A stretch of 63,449 nucleotides of DNA, the filler included, from Rhabdomonas costata (lineage: Eukaryota), in assembly GCA_019059605.1 (NCBI GenBank). It is 32 parts of 32 records of this genome, joined end to end, with 100 filler letters (N's around TTAATTAATTAA, not from the genome) between each part and the next. Parts side by side here need not be neighbours in the genome. Positions count along the whole stretch, not along the records: positions 1 to 1,888 come from JAHMHO010007743.1; positions 1,989 to 3,876 come from JAHMHO010007744.1; positions 3,977 to 5,864 come from JAHMHO010007745.1; positions 5,965 to 7,852 come from JAHMHO010007746.1; positions 7,953 to 9,838 come from JAHMHO010007747.1; positions 9,939 to 11,825 come from JAHMHO010007748.1; positions 11,926 to 13,806 come from JAHMHO010007749.1; 25 more parts are not named here. One strand, 5' to 3'. The translations under genes were made by a program, and so were the position numbers. The notes beneath the pieces were generated by a model. That model saw only the letters and a list, made by a program, of their open reading frames with translations. It did not search any database and was not told the DNA's origin. Below are positions 1-12,248 of this stretch, in pieces (within the stretch, counting starts at the first letter, position 1; the number at the start of each line of letters is the position of its first letter).

Positions 1-1096
1 CCAGCTTCCACTCAAAATGACCCCTAAGTCATTCCCTCATTTTCGACTGTTCTTGCCCTATGTTTGGCCCATTTTGCCTGTTTTTGAGTTATTTTAGGGA
101 ATTTTACACAACAAATTCTGTTCCAGTGCCCCCATACAGTGAATAGTGAGTCTGAAACCTTGACGGCAGAATGTCCCATCGGGACTTGCGCCTTGTCGGC
201 CTACATATTGAGAAGGAAACGAAAGCACCGAGTTTCAGTATTATTGTTCATTTCAAGCCCCTTTTATTCCGTGTTGTCATTTTTCTTGAATAAAATGGGT
301 CACACTGCCGTGCAGGTTGGGGACACTATTAGTGTGAGGAGCGATGCCATGGGAAAATTCTGGTAGACATATGACAAGCTGTACGGTGTTACATATAGCA
401 TTGTGTGGGTTGAGCACAAATAGGCAATCTGTGAACCCTGCACCGGGTGAGTCCCGTCTTTGCACTCAACCGCCGCACGGACACCCGAGGCGTTGGGTGC
501 AACACACAATGTGGGATGATCGTTCTCACCAACGCCAAGTGGCCTGTCTCGTCACCGACGCGTGATACAGAGCTGTGGTGCACAGTCGGGGCTCTCTTCG
601 GCACCTCTCCCACTGCACTCCGCCCCAGGCCGTACACTGGGCGTGGCCTGCTTATTCATTGAGCCCGTCCGTCCACAACCCCCTCCGGTTATAACCGTTG
701 CCGTTCGCTTTCACCTACTTCATGGGAGGTGGTCAGGCCGTGCGGCCCACCTCCGTGTAAGGTGGTTGCACGGCCCGCTGGTCGGCCGTCAGCTTTCCCC
801 CTTCCAGCACTCCAGTCATATCTCCCTCCACCCCATCTGTCAACAGTCTTCACTCTTATATTTGGCGCTTTCCCCAGCATTTCTCCTGTAGCGTACTCTG
901 TTTCCCCTCCTTTGTCTCCCCGATTTCGTGGAAGCTGTTCATCTCACCATCTCCTCGAGATAGAGAAAGCCCAGACAAGAAGTACGGTGATACTTATCGT
1001 CGCATGCAGGTGCAGCTACTTGACTCAAGTTTCCCGAGACCCACCATTGGGAGGAGGAGGGGGGGGTGATTGGCAGGGATGCAGGGATGCGCAGTG

Positions 1097-1230
1097 ATCA
1101 CTTGCGCACTTGCGCACCTTGTTGAGGGGCTTCCCACAGGAGAGCTGGGAGTTGATCACCTTCCACTTGACCCACAGAGAGAGCTCAGCGTTCAGATGAT
1201 TCTTGTGAAATGAACTCAAAATGGTCCGGA
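1097..1230 (-). mobile_element. Possible degenerate non-LTR retrotransposon fragment (region after RT, zf-RVT-like)
   Basis: FHKNHLNAELSLWVKWKVINSQLSCGKPLNKVRKC resembles the W-K-x4-L-x-T...C pattern of zf-RVT. It is short and truncated. Confidence 0.25.
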
Positions 1231-1888
1231 AAGGTAAGCTTTCCCACCAATGTCCCCCTTGCTGAGAGTCTCCCCTCTTCGCTACGTTTATCGCCATAAC
1301 ACCTGAATTAAATGTGACGGGGTGTACAGCCAGGTCTTAATTCTTAGTGAAACGAGGCATGGCAGTCCCCCTTTTCCCTTCAGGCGTCTTTCCCCAAGTT
1401 TCTGCAGCGTACTGTGGTTACCATATTTATCGCTTACTTTTTGGGTGATCGTTGTTTCTTTTATTGTGCACTTTCCTATGTCCGGCGCATCTGCCCATGG
1501 ACACCTGAGATTTTGACCTAAAAGATAGTCTAACTTAACGTAACTCCGCCATTTTCGCAATACATCGTGTTTTCTGTATTCTCTTTTTCACCCGGATGCT
1601 GAAGTTGGCCAGTGACATTAAAGGACAGAAACTGGAACAAGCGTTGCTTCATGAATTTTCAGGGATGCCTGCTTTTGAAAACTCACCCAGGACTTTGGGC
1701 AGCGGCCGAAGGCGCGCCGTATTGTGTACATCCAAGAAGCTGAGGGAAGGACAGTACAACAACGGAATTCCGCCGAACTCTTTCGTACACAAAAACTAAA
1801 CGATGCAGCACACAGATTCTCCGGAGGGTTTCCAGGGCTTTCCATCAGGGCCTGAAAAATCATCAGCAACGCTTTTGTACACCAACAC

Positions 1889-1988
1889 NNNNNNNNNNNN
1901 NNNNNNNNNNNNNNNNNNNNNNNNNNNNNNNNTTAATTAATTAANNNNNNNNNNNNNNNNNNNNNNNNNNNNNNNNNNNNNNNNNNNN
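1889..1988. other. Artificial contig spacer N44-TTAATTAATTAA-N44 (first of 31, recurring about every 1.99 kb)
   Basis: An identical 100-nt linker with stops in all six frames recurs throughout, and the flanking sequences are unrelated. Confidence 0.99.
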
Positions 1989-4205
1989 CCGGTTTTCCAT
2001 GCAAGTGACTTGATTCCCTACGAAACGAGAGTGTTGGATCCAGTTGGGATGCTTCCGGAAGAGGATGACAGTGGTGGAGATGACGGAGGAGGAGGGGGGA
2101 CCCGAAGGAGGTGGTGATGAGCCATCTCCAGAAGGGCCCGTGCTAGCGGAGGAGGAAGAGTTTCCACGGGTGGACACAGAAGCTGCGGAGGGCAGAGAGT
2201 TCCTACCAAGAGAACCAGAAGTTGACCCCACAGAGCTTCAGTCTGCTTCCACTTCAGGGCAAAAAAGGTAAATACGGTTCTTGCCTTTGGGAACCGCGCA
2301 CCAGCGCACCACCCTTGCACCAGGCCGCGGTTCAGTTCAGCAAACAAAGAAGACCCCGATTATTTCGAACAAACGATTCATTCAAAAATGGACCGCTCCG
2401 AAACCCCGCCCCATCATACGCAATTCAAGATTACGAAAGGGAATGAAAACCAGTCCACAGGAAGGCCGCAGCACATCAATATCACTTGGGTGTATGCTCA
2501 ACAAAACAGTGACATCATGCGACATGTACGCGACATGCCCAACGGGCAGCAAAAAGCTCTCACAAGGGGGAGGAGGGGGGGTTCACGAGACAGGGCTCAG
2601 GTGGCAACGCCCTTCTGGTGCTTGCCCACCAGCCGCGCAACGTGGACATCGGTGGGAAAGTCAAACGGCCTCGCTGCAGAAAACTCTTCCCTGATTAAGA
2701 ATGAAGAATCGTTGGGTATCCTGCGGGAATATATGATGATGGAAATATGGAAATAGGACAGATGTGACAGGTTCACATGGGGCACTTACTACAGCAGTGT
2801 CCAAAAGTCAAATGGTTGTTCAACGAGAGAGAAGACAGAACCCAAGAACACCACATAAAAGTGAGGTTGAATGCGCCCTATCACAAGCATTTCTTATTGT
2901 ATTTAACGTAGCACAGGCATCGTTTTTTCGACTGCTCAGCTGAAGAAAGCCACTCGACATGGCGAAAGCTGCTCACTCCCACACTCGAGCTTCTACAATT
3001 TCCGGTTCTTGAATGCACAATTAAAATCGAAGGAATGACATTCCACGCGGATCCGTTTGTCGTGGAGCATCACTTAACAAAATTACCATAGAGACGGTGC
3101 CCATTCCGCGCCATTCTTATGGAATGAGAGGCAAAGTTGTATCCGCCATAAATCTGCCATAAATCTAAATGGTGTTTCATGACCACCTAGTTTACGATCC
3201 TGCGAGACGGTCAACAGGGCGCAACCGAAAGGGGTGGGGGTCATTTGGGGGTGTACCTCAGCTTGCCTTGGAGTTGGGCCTGGCGGTCACGTTGCAGCAT
3301 GTCCAGGATCTCCGCACGGCGCCCAGAGCCTTTCCCACCACGAGAACGGTCTGCGCAGGGAATAGAGCACCGTAAACCAGAGATCCAAAAGTCCCCATAA
3401 GAGACGCTTCCAACAAAAATTTTGGTTATCGAGGAATTCTCCCGGTTCAAAACAACCCTGAGAATTCAAAATTTACCGCCAACGGAGTGTTTTCTAAATA
3501 GTCGTGGGAAAGTGGTTGCTGCCCATCTCAAAAAGAACTGATTCAATGTTCACGTCCACCCGCCAGGTACATCAAAACTGCTTCCGAATTGAAGAAGGTT
3601 TGGCACCTCCTGAAGAGTCGTGGTCACACACACAGCACATGGGCACGGCACATTAAACAACCAGAGCCACCCGACCAGGGCCGGAATCCCCCCGTGCGGC
3701 CTGGGGCCGGAGCGGGCGGAGGAAGCCCGCTGGGGAAATCCGCATAGGCTCCGGGATCTTCACTGGAAAATAAAGTGAACAGCATGAGAAAGAAGCCTGA
3801 GGGACTGGGAAAAGTGTACTAGAAGGGGGGACGCAAAAGGACCAGATATTTGCTTCGTGCCATCGCCCACAAAAACNNNNNNNNNNNNNNNNNNNNNNNN
3901 NNNNNNNNNNNNNNNNNNNNTTAATTAATTAANNNNNNNNNNNNNNNNNNNNNNNNNNNNNNNNNNNNNNNNNNNNGGTTGTGGGGATCTGACTGGAAGA
4001 CTCATCGTTTTTTGGTGTTGCCTTCGTCATTTTTCTTTTTGTTTGTAGGTTTTCGTTCGTAGAAACCTTCGTTGGCCATTGTATTTCGAGGAACGAGGCT
4101 GTGGTGCAGGCGAGCAGCCTTCAGTATGATTTTTGCACACATTGGCCTTTTCATTTCTCTCTGTCAAACGTAATCGTAACGCTTCTTAAATTCATTTCGT
4201 TGCAG

Positions 4206-4887
4206 AGCAAATCGAACTGTTGCTGTGATCTCAAACAATGTTCTCTATGCGGGGGACTTTGCCGTGTGCTACTGGAGCAACTCCTCAGCTACTCCTGTTT
4301 ACACGCAGCTGGGAGTTATTTCGATAGGAGGTTTGCCTTGCCTTTTTAGAGGTGATCAAGTAATGTCCAGATGTGTCCGGCGTCATTTCCTTTGCTGACG
4401 GGAAAACGTCAGCAGTGGAAGTCTGAAAACGTGAAAGAAGCGGCACGTTTACTTTTGCCACAGTAACCCTTCTTTTTCTGTTGCAGTCATACAGCGACCT
4501 TATGTTGGGAACATCTCCGGCTGCGGCCAAAGCCAAGTGAGTGCTCTACTGCTGTGCCCCACCAATGGAATGGCCCCCATCACTCTGATGGGAATGTTTT
4601 TTGGAGCATCAGGCGCGCAGGTGTGGTACTCTCAAGTTCGCGCTTTTCTTTTTTGTCTGCGCATTTTCTGCCTTCCGCAGCCCTCCCTCTATGTGAAACA
4701 GGTTCAGGTGGGGTCCGTCATGTGCACCAACGTCACTCACGTCCAGAGCTTTGAAGACGAGATGTTAGTCTGCACAGGGTACCCCGGCGCGGGTGCGAAC
4801 GCCAGCATTGTTGTGTTCGCCAGCAATGGGATGTTCAGCCTTCCCTCTGTGGCGGTGTCCTACCAGCCACGACCTGTGGTGACCCAG
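4206..4887 (+). CDS. IPT/TIG-repeat cell-surface protein, internal exons 4206-4330, 4487-4620, 4681-4887
   Basis: Phase-consistent GT-AG introns give ...AGDFAVCYWS...RPYVGNISGC...CPTNGMAPITLMGMFFG...VQVGSVMCTNV...LVCTGYPGAGAN...VSYQPRPVVTQ, a typical protist IPT/TIG pattern. Confidence 0.7.
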
Positions 4888-5751
4888 GTTTGCAACATGG
4901 GGAGGGAGCGACGAATTTAAAGAATGAGTACTGCAGCAAAAGTATAAATGTTGGTTTGGAACTACATCTTTTGAATGCTCTGCTACATTATTATATGTAA
5001 TAGATTAACTCTGGAGTTCTTCGTGAAGAAAAATCAGGGATCTTTGGACCAACATCACCTCCGTTCAAATGAAAGAACTTAGAGAAAGTGGAAGGGGGAG
5101 AACGCACCTAGCCGGAAGTACACCAAGAATGCAAGCCAAAGGAGCGCGAGTGGGGCACAGTTTGGTTAATCCGGTAAAACCGGTCAAATGTTAATTAGTT
5201 AACTAGCCTCCCAACAACGGCAGCAGGTTGACCACTACCGGAGCAAACTCAACCTCTTGTTTGGCGAACGGGCCCGGGACTACAGAACCAAAGGCTATTG
5301 ACCATGGATTGGCTGTTTGATTGCCATAAGCTTTTGTATTGTAATGAACGCGTGAAGGAAAGTTTTCTTGACAGAGGGATGGGGACAACAATATGAGCGT
5401 TTAACAGCAACCTAAAGGCAGTTGTTGAATGGAAAACATTCTCGGATTAACGTTACAACTGGTTCCAAACCCATTAAAAAGACTTCATCGAACTTTCCTT
5501 GTATTTCACGCGCAGATTTCTGGGTGCACAGACTTTCCTCCATCCACGGCGTACTGTCCAACGACGGGGCTGATTCCCGTCACGGTAACAGGACTTTTCT
5601 TTGGCAAGAGTCCACAGGTGGGTCCTTCCCCGCTGAGTTTTTTTTTTACATGATTCCGCAAACCAAAGGCCTCTGGTCAAGGGCTTGATCTGATCCCGTC
5701 TCTCACTGAGCTCACCGATTTTTGCAATTTCTGCAGATTTATGATTTGTGA

Positions 5752-5858
5752 GGGTAATAATAACAACAAGGCTGTCGAAGGGTTGAGCTTCTATCGTTTA
5801 TTGTGGAGAATTACGGAGGAAGCTCAACCCTTCGACAGCCTTGTTGTTATTATTACCC
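5752..5858. repeat. Terminal perfect inverted repeat (40-bp arms), probable amplification fold-back
   Basis: 5752-5791 is the reverse complement of 5819-5858, at the contig end. Confidence 0.85.
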
Positions 5859-6492
5859 ACACAANNNNNNNNNNNNNNNNNNNNNNNNNNNNNNNNNNNN
5901 NNNNNNNNTTAATTAATTAANNNNNNNNNNNNNNNNNNNNNNNNNNNNNNNNNNNNNNNNNNNNGGTTTGTTTGAGAATGGGTTGGGAAGCGGCCTTAAG
6001 GCGAGACGCGTGTAAGTTGAAGGGTGGGGCGACTTTCAGGGGGCAGTGCACGCTACCGCAGTGCTCAAGTAGCATTTGTAGTCGTTGCTGGGAGATGTCC
6101 GTCCTCCCGCTTTGGACGGGCGGGTTGACCTTGGGTAAGGCGGCTGAACACTTCTAGGAGTCTGTAGGTATCTGATTAGAGCTGAGAGCGGGACGAAGTT
6201 TACTGGTAATCCCTTGCCTTTAATTTGTGCTTTTTTCATCTTAGGGTATGGGAAAACATTTCATCTGGTGGGTTGTGTGGCTCGTTGCAATGAATTCTCC
6301 GAGTTGGTTTGTGTCGCTACCATGGGTGCGTAATGGGAAAGAATGGATAACCCTCATTACAACGGTGTACGTTATCTCGTGGAACATTACATTGATACAG
6401 GGAGGTTTTATCTGCTCCCAGATACCTTTCAGTCTGGGCTGTAACATTGGATTTTGGCCCTTCTTTGTGCTATGCTTTCAGGCGTCCAAACG

Positions 6493-7719
6493 ATGATTGT
6501 GATCCGCTCTTTCTTGATTTTTGCGCTTTCGGTGTTTCTTTGTTTTCTGGCATGGTATGCTTTGCGAGCTGACTTGAAGCGTTCAAAGGTCACTTCCTCA
6601 TCACGGCCAGCCTCACCTACTTCCAGACGCAACGTTGCGGCGCCCCAGTCGGGCAAGAAGCCACCGCTAAAGCACTTATTCCGACAAAAACTATGGAACA
6701 AAACACAGTCCACACCCATTTCCCCATTCTCTGCATCTCAAAAATCGCTGGCGCACTCGGGTAAGTCTTCCCTCGGGCAAAAGCTGGCTCAAGTGCAACC
6801 TGGGCATCCCACCTCTGCAGCTTCTCCTCCACGCCCGCCGCCTTTTATTGACGAGGAGTTTCTCCGCCGTCCTCCCCTGAATTCCAGTGTTGTGTGGTGC
6901 TCGCCTCACCTGTACGGAAACATCGACTTTGAGCGTCTGGATGAATGGCAGATATACTATCAAGCGCTTGGGCTCCAGCAGGCCTTTGTATACGTCAGCG
7001 AAGTTACTCCGCCGGAGGTCCTTGCACATGTGAAGCGGCGGGGGCCGTTCTTTTCTGCGGTAGAATTCGACGGGAAAGGCGAATACTATGGCCAGAGGAA
7101 AGCAATATCCTTGTGTTACCAATTGGTCAGGGAGCGGAAGTTTGATTGGGCGTTTTTCGGCGACCTGGATGAGTTCTTGTGGTGGAAGGGACCGCACAGG
7201 ACGATTAGAGAATGGCTGGACACGTTTGGTGATGCGCGGTGCATCACACTTGGAAAGCGGTTTCACTCTCGGAGTGTAATCCATCCCCGTTACTGTGGAG
7301 TTCTGGCCTTTCCATTCACCCCACCGGTGCCGTATTGTTACATGAAAGGTGTTGGTGGACGCGTTGAGCTCTGTGACGATTGGGCAGGCAGGCGGAAGTA
7401 CGTGATTCGCCCGAACTTAGTTGGAGGTGCCCTCACCGTTCATCAGTGCCCAGGGCCACATGTTGTGGTTAAGACCTCTGAAGCGCATTTCAAGGAATAT
7501 CGGGGGCATCTGCCCCGTGGTCTTTTTCATGTTCCGTGCACTGACGTGCGATCTTTTCCCCAACCTGGTAACGATGCGTCCATACCGTGGTACCGGGAGT
7601 CGCATGGCACTGACGTCCTCCTACAAGACAGGGACCTTCCTGAGTTTATGAAGGTTCGGTTGCCGCGTAAGCAATGGGCAAGCTACAATGCTTGTAGATG
7701 CTCGCACAAGCTGCTGTAG
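6493..7719 (+). CDS. Intronless type II membrane glycosyltransferase, GT92/DUF23-like (GT-A fold)
   Basis: N-terminal TM anchor, Pro/Ser stem, EWQIYYQALG, YYGQRKAISLC, WAFFGDLDEFL (DxD motif), GRRKY; stop TAG. The start could also be ATG 6472. Confidence 0.8.
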   Translation: MIVIRSFLIFALSVFLCFLAWYALRADLKRSKVTSSSRPASPTSRRNVAAPQSGKKPPLKHLFRQKLWNKTQSTPISPFSASQKSLAHSGKSSLGQKLAQVQPGHPTSAASPPRPPPFIDEEFLRRPPLNSSVVWCSPHLYGNIDFERLDEWQIYYQALGLQQAFVYVSEVTPPEVLAHVKRRGPFFSAVEFDGKGEYYGQRKAISLCYQLVRERKFDWAFFGDLDEFLWWKGPHRTIREWLDTFGDARCITLGKRFHSRSVIHPRYCGVLAFPFTPPVPYCYMKGVGGRVELCDDWAGRRKYVIRPNLVGGALTVHQCPGPHVVVKTSEAHFKEYRGHLPRGLFHVPCTDVRSFPQPGNDASIPWYRESHGTDVLLQDRDLPEFMKVRLPRKQWASYNACRCSHKLL

Positions 7720-10700
7720 TTCTCTGTTAGGTGCCCAAGATGATTCTCCTACGGAATATTTGATTTTGGATGTTTTCGGACGGGAAAGGAACTTTTGCAG
7801 TTCAGGTTGTAATTGTGACTAAAAAGCGTTCTTTCACTCCACCCCCCCACAANNNNNNNNNNNNNNNNNNNNNNNNNNNNNNNNNNNNNNNNNNNNTTAA
7901 TTAATTAANNNNNNNNNNNNNNNNNNNNNNNNNNNNNNNNNNNNNNNNNNNNGTTGGGTTTGACCCGCTTTTCGCCGTGCATTTGCGGGGACAGGGATAC
8001 TGAGGAAGCAGCAGAGGTCGAAGTGCAGAAGATAGAGGATTTTCCTTTCCTGGAGATGCGGGATGTGATAACAGTTTGCTATCGTGCTTCTGAATCATAT
8101 AGTAGGTGTAGTGCAAAGGCAAACCCGTCCTACCTCGCCCGATGTGCCGGAGAACCACAGGGAGCAGTGACGGCTCGCAGTGACCTGAGGGTTGCAAGTT
8201 GCCGCAGGCCAGCATTCCAGAACCGTGCATTTGGTGTTGTCGGGACGGAACCCATTTGGTTGATCGCTTACCGAAAGCGTGCCCATTTCATGAGAACTTT
8301 GCCTTCTGGAATCCGTTTTTATGCCCCTTCCTCTCCCTACTTTTCGAAGCTTTCTTATGTGATCCATGTGGTGACGTCTATTGGAACCAAATCCTTATGG
8401 AAATGCGAATCTCATCAACAAGGTCCCTTGTCGTTTTTTGTTCTGCTTTTCTTGAGGACTTGAGCGCCAGCTATAAGAAAGGACGGACTTTCGTGCACCT
8501 GTCGTTGAGCAGCGCGAGCTGCTGGAGTGAAAGTCGAGTGTGGAGGGTGGGGTTGTGTGGACATTACTGCATTACTACATTACGGCATTACTACGCATCA
8601 TTTTTTCAGTTTCGCTTCTGAACGAGACTCAGTTATTTTTGCGCGCTGACTTCTGTCCCCAATCTGAGGCACTTACTTGACACGAATTCTCGCAGGGGAA
8701 AATTGAGGAGCGAGACCAGCTTGTAAGACCGTTTTGCGAAAGGTCAAACCAACACAATACACAAAAGCGATAGCTCTGATAATGATCGTGTATATAAATT
8801 TGAGCCGATTTTGGTGCCTGGCAGTATACGTGCAACGCTAACCTCGCGTTTGTGGGATGGTGATACAGGTCTCACCCTGACTCGGGTTTGCGATCGGCTC
8901 GTTCCCAGATAACCACGGCTAGTTCCCAGGTAACTTCGTTTCTCTTTTCTTTCACTCCGTATCGCCCTTTCCCAGTTCATTGTGCAAGTGCCAGTGAACA
9001 GCCTGCTCCTTTTCTGTGATCACTGCTAAAACTCAGATGAGAGACTTGTTTACGCACTGCGGCTTCTTGCCTCCTTCTTTCTACCAGTGCTGGGTTTGTG
9101 TAGTGTATGGTGACCCAATACATGCTATTACCAATTTGTGAGCACGCGGGTTCAACAACGAAAGACTTTCTTTGATTTGCAAAGGTTGAAGCAATGTCCA
9201 AATGTGGCTCTGCCCGCGCCCCGGCGAACTCCAGAGGCCAGGCAGTGGGTGCCCACCATGTGGGCAGCTTTTCCGGGCTTCCGTCCTCGGTCTGTATTTC
9301 GCTCTCATGCACCGTTTTGGGCACTTCCCGTTACTCATTACTGCACATGACCGGTGAATACCAGAATGGACCATTTGCAATATGCTTATTGCTGCTGAAG
9401 GTGACCGCTGTGGCATCGCCCTCCTGTTTTGCTTTGTTCTCCCTGCCTCATTATCCATCACATAGCGGTATGCAATGGAGCGCCTGGAGCGTTGGCAGCT
9501 CTGCTGCGAGAGTGCCGAACTGGTGTGCTGCGCTCATTGCATTCCATTTTTGCTCAATGTATATCTGTTTCTTGTAGAGGAGATAGAAGCCTCTACCTGA
9601 AAGTGAAGGTAAGTGAATATCTCACATTTGTATCTGCCGGAAAATGCCGCCAGATGGCTGTGATGGGTTGCACGTATATCCACATGTGTAAAGTTGGAGC
9701 ACGCGCACGACGTTTCTCTCTCTCTCTCTCTCGCAGCGAATTGCAGAACAGGAGCTGATCCAGCAGACTGCAGCCGTCGATTCCGAAGGTTATCTGACCC
9801 CCACTCCACTCCAAAAACTCAGATAGCTACACCACAACNNNNNNNNNNNNNNNNNNNNNNNNNNNNNNNNNNNNNNNNNNNNTTAATTAATTAANNNNNN
9901 NNNNNNNNNNNNNNNNNNNNNNNNNNNNNNNNNNNNNNTTGTGGTGAGAGAATTGGAAGAACCGGGTGAATTTCAGGGGAGTAGGAAGCGGGCAGGAAAG
10001 GACAGGCCAACTCACAACCGACAACGCCAGGATTGGCCACCTGTACACCTCACCTGCGGATACTGTTCACGGTATTCGGGTGCGCAGCCCATAGGGCCGG
10101 AGTCTTCGCGTTTGCCATGTGTTGTGGTGTTCCTCCCGAACAAATGGAACCCTGCGATTGGCCTCTGTCCTGGGTCTCCCGGAAATCGAGCCGGGTGGTC
10201 CTTTACCATTTTTTTTTGCTCGAGCACTCTGGTTGCGCGCACCAGGGGGAGCTTTGACGAGAAACGCAAAGAAAACCAGCAATGAGATGGTGAGCAGACT
10301 AGAGGACAACTATATTTACTGCCCGGTGTCACCGACGAAATTTACAAGAAGGAATGCGAGAAGAAATATACGGACAGGATGCACTTGGGACACGTTTTTG
10401 GGTTTTGTATAAAGCATCCACGCTCCTTGGCGTCAGCGCTTTCCCGATCACCCGGAAAGGTGGGAAGTTTGGTCATTGTGCTTTTCCGTGGCCTGTATCC
10501 ATCCATCTCGAAAGGATCTGGGAAGTTATGGGAATGATATAATAGGGGCCGCGACCAGTCCTGATTGAAGGACACAGAGTTGAAGGAGGGACCGCCGAAA
10601 CGTCCACTGCAGTCGGAGATGTCCTCTTGAGAGCCGTGAGCTGAGTATAGCCTGTGGATCACGTGAGACCTTTCCTTTTATGTTTTTTGTGTATCTGTAT

Positions 10701-10762
10701 CTGCGTGGACGCAAATGCACGAGGTCGCAAACTGAGCCGCGGAAAACCTTTTTATGTTCCAG

Positions 10763-11290
10763 TTCTCCTCTGTAATGACCTCTTTTGCGGGTGAAGGCGA
10801 GCTTGTGGCCAATTATGGACCGCGCCAGGGACTTTCCACGCTTTACCTGTCATTGCTGGGGGTGTATTTCGTTGGTCTTTTTTGGTGGTGCTGCCGCTGG
10901 CTAAGGATGAGGTTTACGCAGGTGGACCCCCCCCCTTCCTTTTTTGTCCAACCACTGGTCTTCTTTTGCAAGCTTGCAGCTGTGCTTCTTTGCTCTTTAG
11001 TCTGTGATTTGCGCATGCTTAAGTGAGGTTTCCTGGAGACATTCCGCTGGATGAATTGTGCAATTCCGCTTTGCCGAGTTGTGACTTTTCCTGGAAACTC
11101 ATATGAATGTCGGCCGTAGTCAAGGCCAAGTGCCGTCTTTTTTTTATCTTTCGAGTTCTGCGCCGTGTGCTGGCAATAAGGTCAAATGTTCCCTCTTTGC
11201 TTTTGTTCAGGATACCCCCCTTCAGCGTCATCTGAGCATACTTCCTTGTTTGAAACTTCTCAGCGCTACATTTGCTTGGTATGAGTTCAT
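10763..11290 (+). CDS. Probable GOST/lung-7TM (GPR107/TMEM87-like) membrane protein exons (10763-10921, from 11211)
   Basis: GLSTLYLSLLGVYFVGLFWWCC...|DTPLQRHLSILPCLKLLSATFAWY resembles TM1-TM2 of this family; the exons are bounded by AG/GT. Confidence 0.4.
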
Positions 11291-11662
11291 TTTTCTTCTC
11301 AGCTGACTCGGTTGGCGTCAAGGGTGTTCATGATGGAATCGTCCTAAAAACGTGATTTTCACAATAGTAAATTTTTTCATGGCTCCATCGGGGCCAGGTA
11401 TCGAAAAACAAAAGATCAGAATTTTGGGTTTTCTTTCCCTGTCCCCCCCCCCTTCTCTCTCCCTCTCTCGTAGACTTTGCTCGTTCCCTGGGATGGGTTA
11501 CGTCCGCTTCTCTTTTGCGAACTTCCCTTACGTTGCGCTCACTGCCCGACGTTGTACTCTGTTGCTCTGGTATTTCACACGAATACTCTTTTCTACAACT
11601 GAGGTTGATTTTTCAGCCAATTTATTGCGTGATGTGTCGTGATGTGTCGTGCAGTGTCGTGA

Positions 11663-11823
11663 TGTTTGGCTATTGCTAAAAAAATCGAGAGAGAAATTTC
11701 GTCCAAATAATATTCAATCCACCCTGGTTTCTTTCAATAAATTAGTTATTGAAAGAAACCAGGGTGGATTGAATATTATTTGGACGAAATTTCTCTCTCG
11801 ATTTTTTTAGCAATAACCAAACA
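11663..11823. repeat. Terminal near-perfect palindrome (about 78-bp arms, 5-nt loop), probable fold-back artefact
   Basis: Arms 11663-11740 and 11746-11823 sit at the contig end. Confidence 0.85.
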
Positions 11824-11927
11824 CCNNNNNNNNNNNNNNNNNNNNNNNNNNNNNNNNNNNNNNNNNNNNTTAATTAATTAANNNNNNNNNNNNNNNNNNN
11901 NNNNNNNNNNNNNNNNNNNNNNNNNTG

Positions 11928-12004
11928 TGGTCCTTCAATTCAAACAAAATCAGCAGCCCCTGAACAGTTCAGGGGCTGCTGATTTTGTTTGAATTGAAGG
12001 ACCA
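11928..12004. repeat. Terminal perfect palindrome, probable fold-back artefact
   Basis: 38-bp arms around a single A at the contig start. Confidence 0.85.
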
Positions 12005-12248
12005 GACCAAGCTACACTTCACCGAGTGCATCTCCTCTCCTTTTCAAGGGCCCGCATCTCCTCCATTTCAAGGGCCCGCTTGCCATTCGTCCTTGGGGTC
12101 TGTGCCGACCGAAAGCGGATAAATGGTGTGCACTTGGGATCATTGCATTACTTGGATGCCAGTCGTGTGTCTGTGCATGCATGCACTCAAACATACACGC
12201 TGGCAAACAAACAATTCGGGAACCTCGTTGTATCGCTTCGCCACGCAG

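Noticed and set aside
690-780. Hammerhead- or HDV-like ribozyme in GC-rich hairpins (also 3670-3760 and 23480-23600)
   Set aside because: The catalytic cores could not be completed (CUGACC instead of CUGAnGA, and no consistent HDV pseudoknot); an Infernal search would be needed.
1933-1944. Recurrent TTAATTAATTAA motif and ORFs ending in XXX-LIN
   Set aside because: This is the artificial linker, and ORFs crossing it are meaningless.
11663-12004. Terminal hairpins as hairpin telomeres or MITEs (also at 5752, 31593, 31786)
   Set aside because: They are unrelated in sequence, essentially perfect, and always next to primer-like contig ends; amplification fold-back explains them better.
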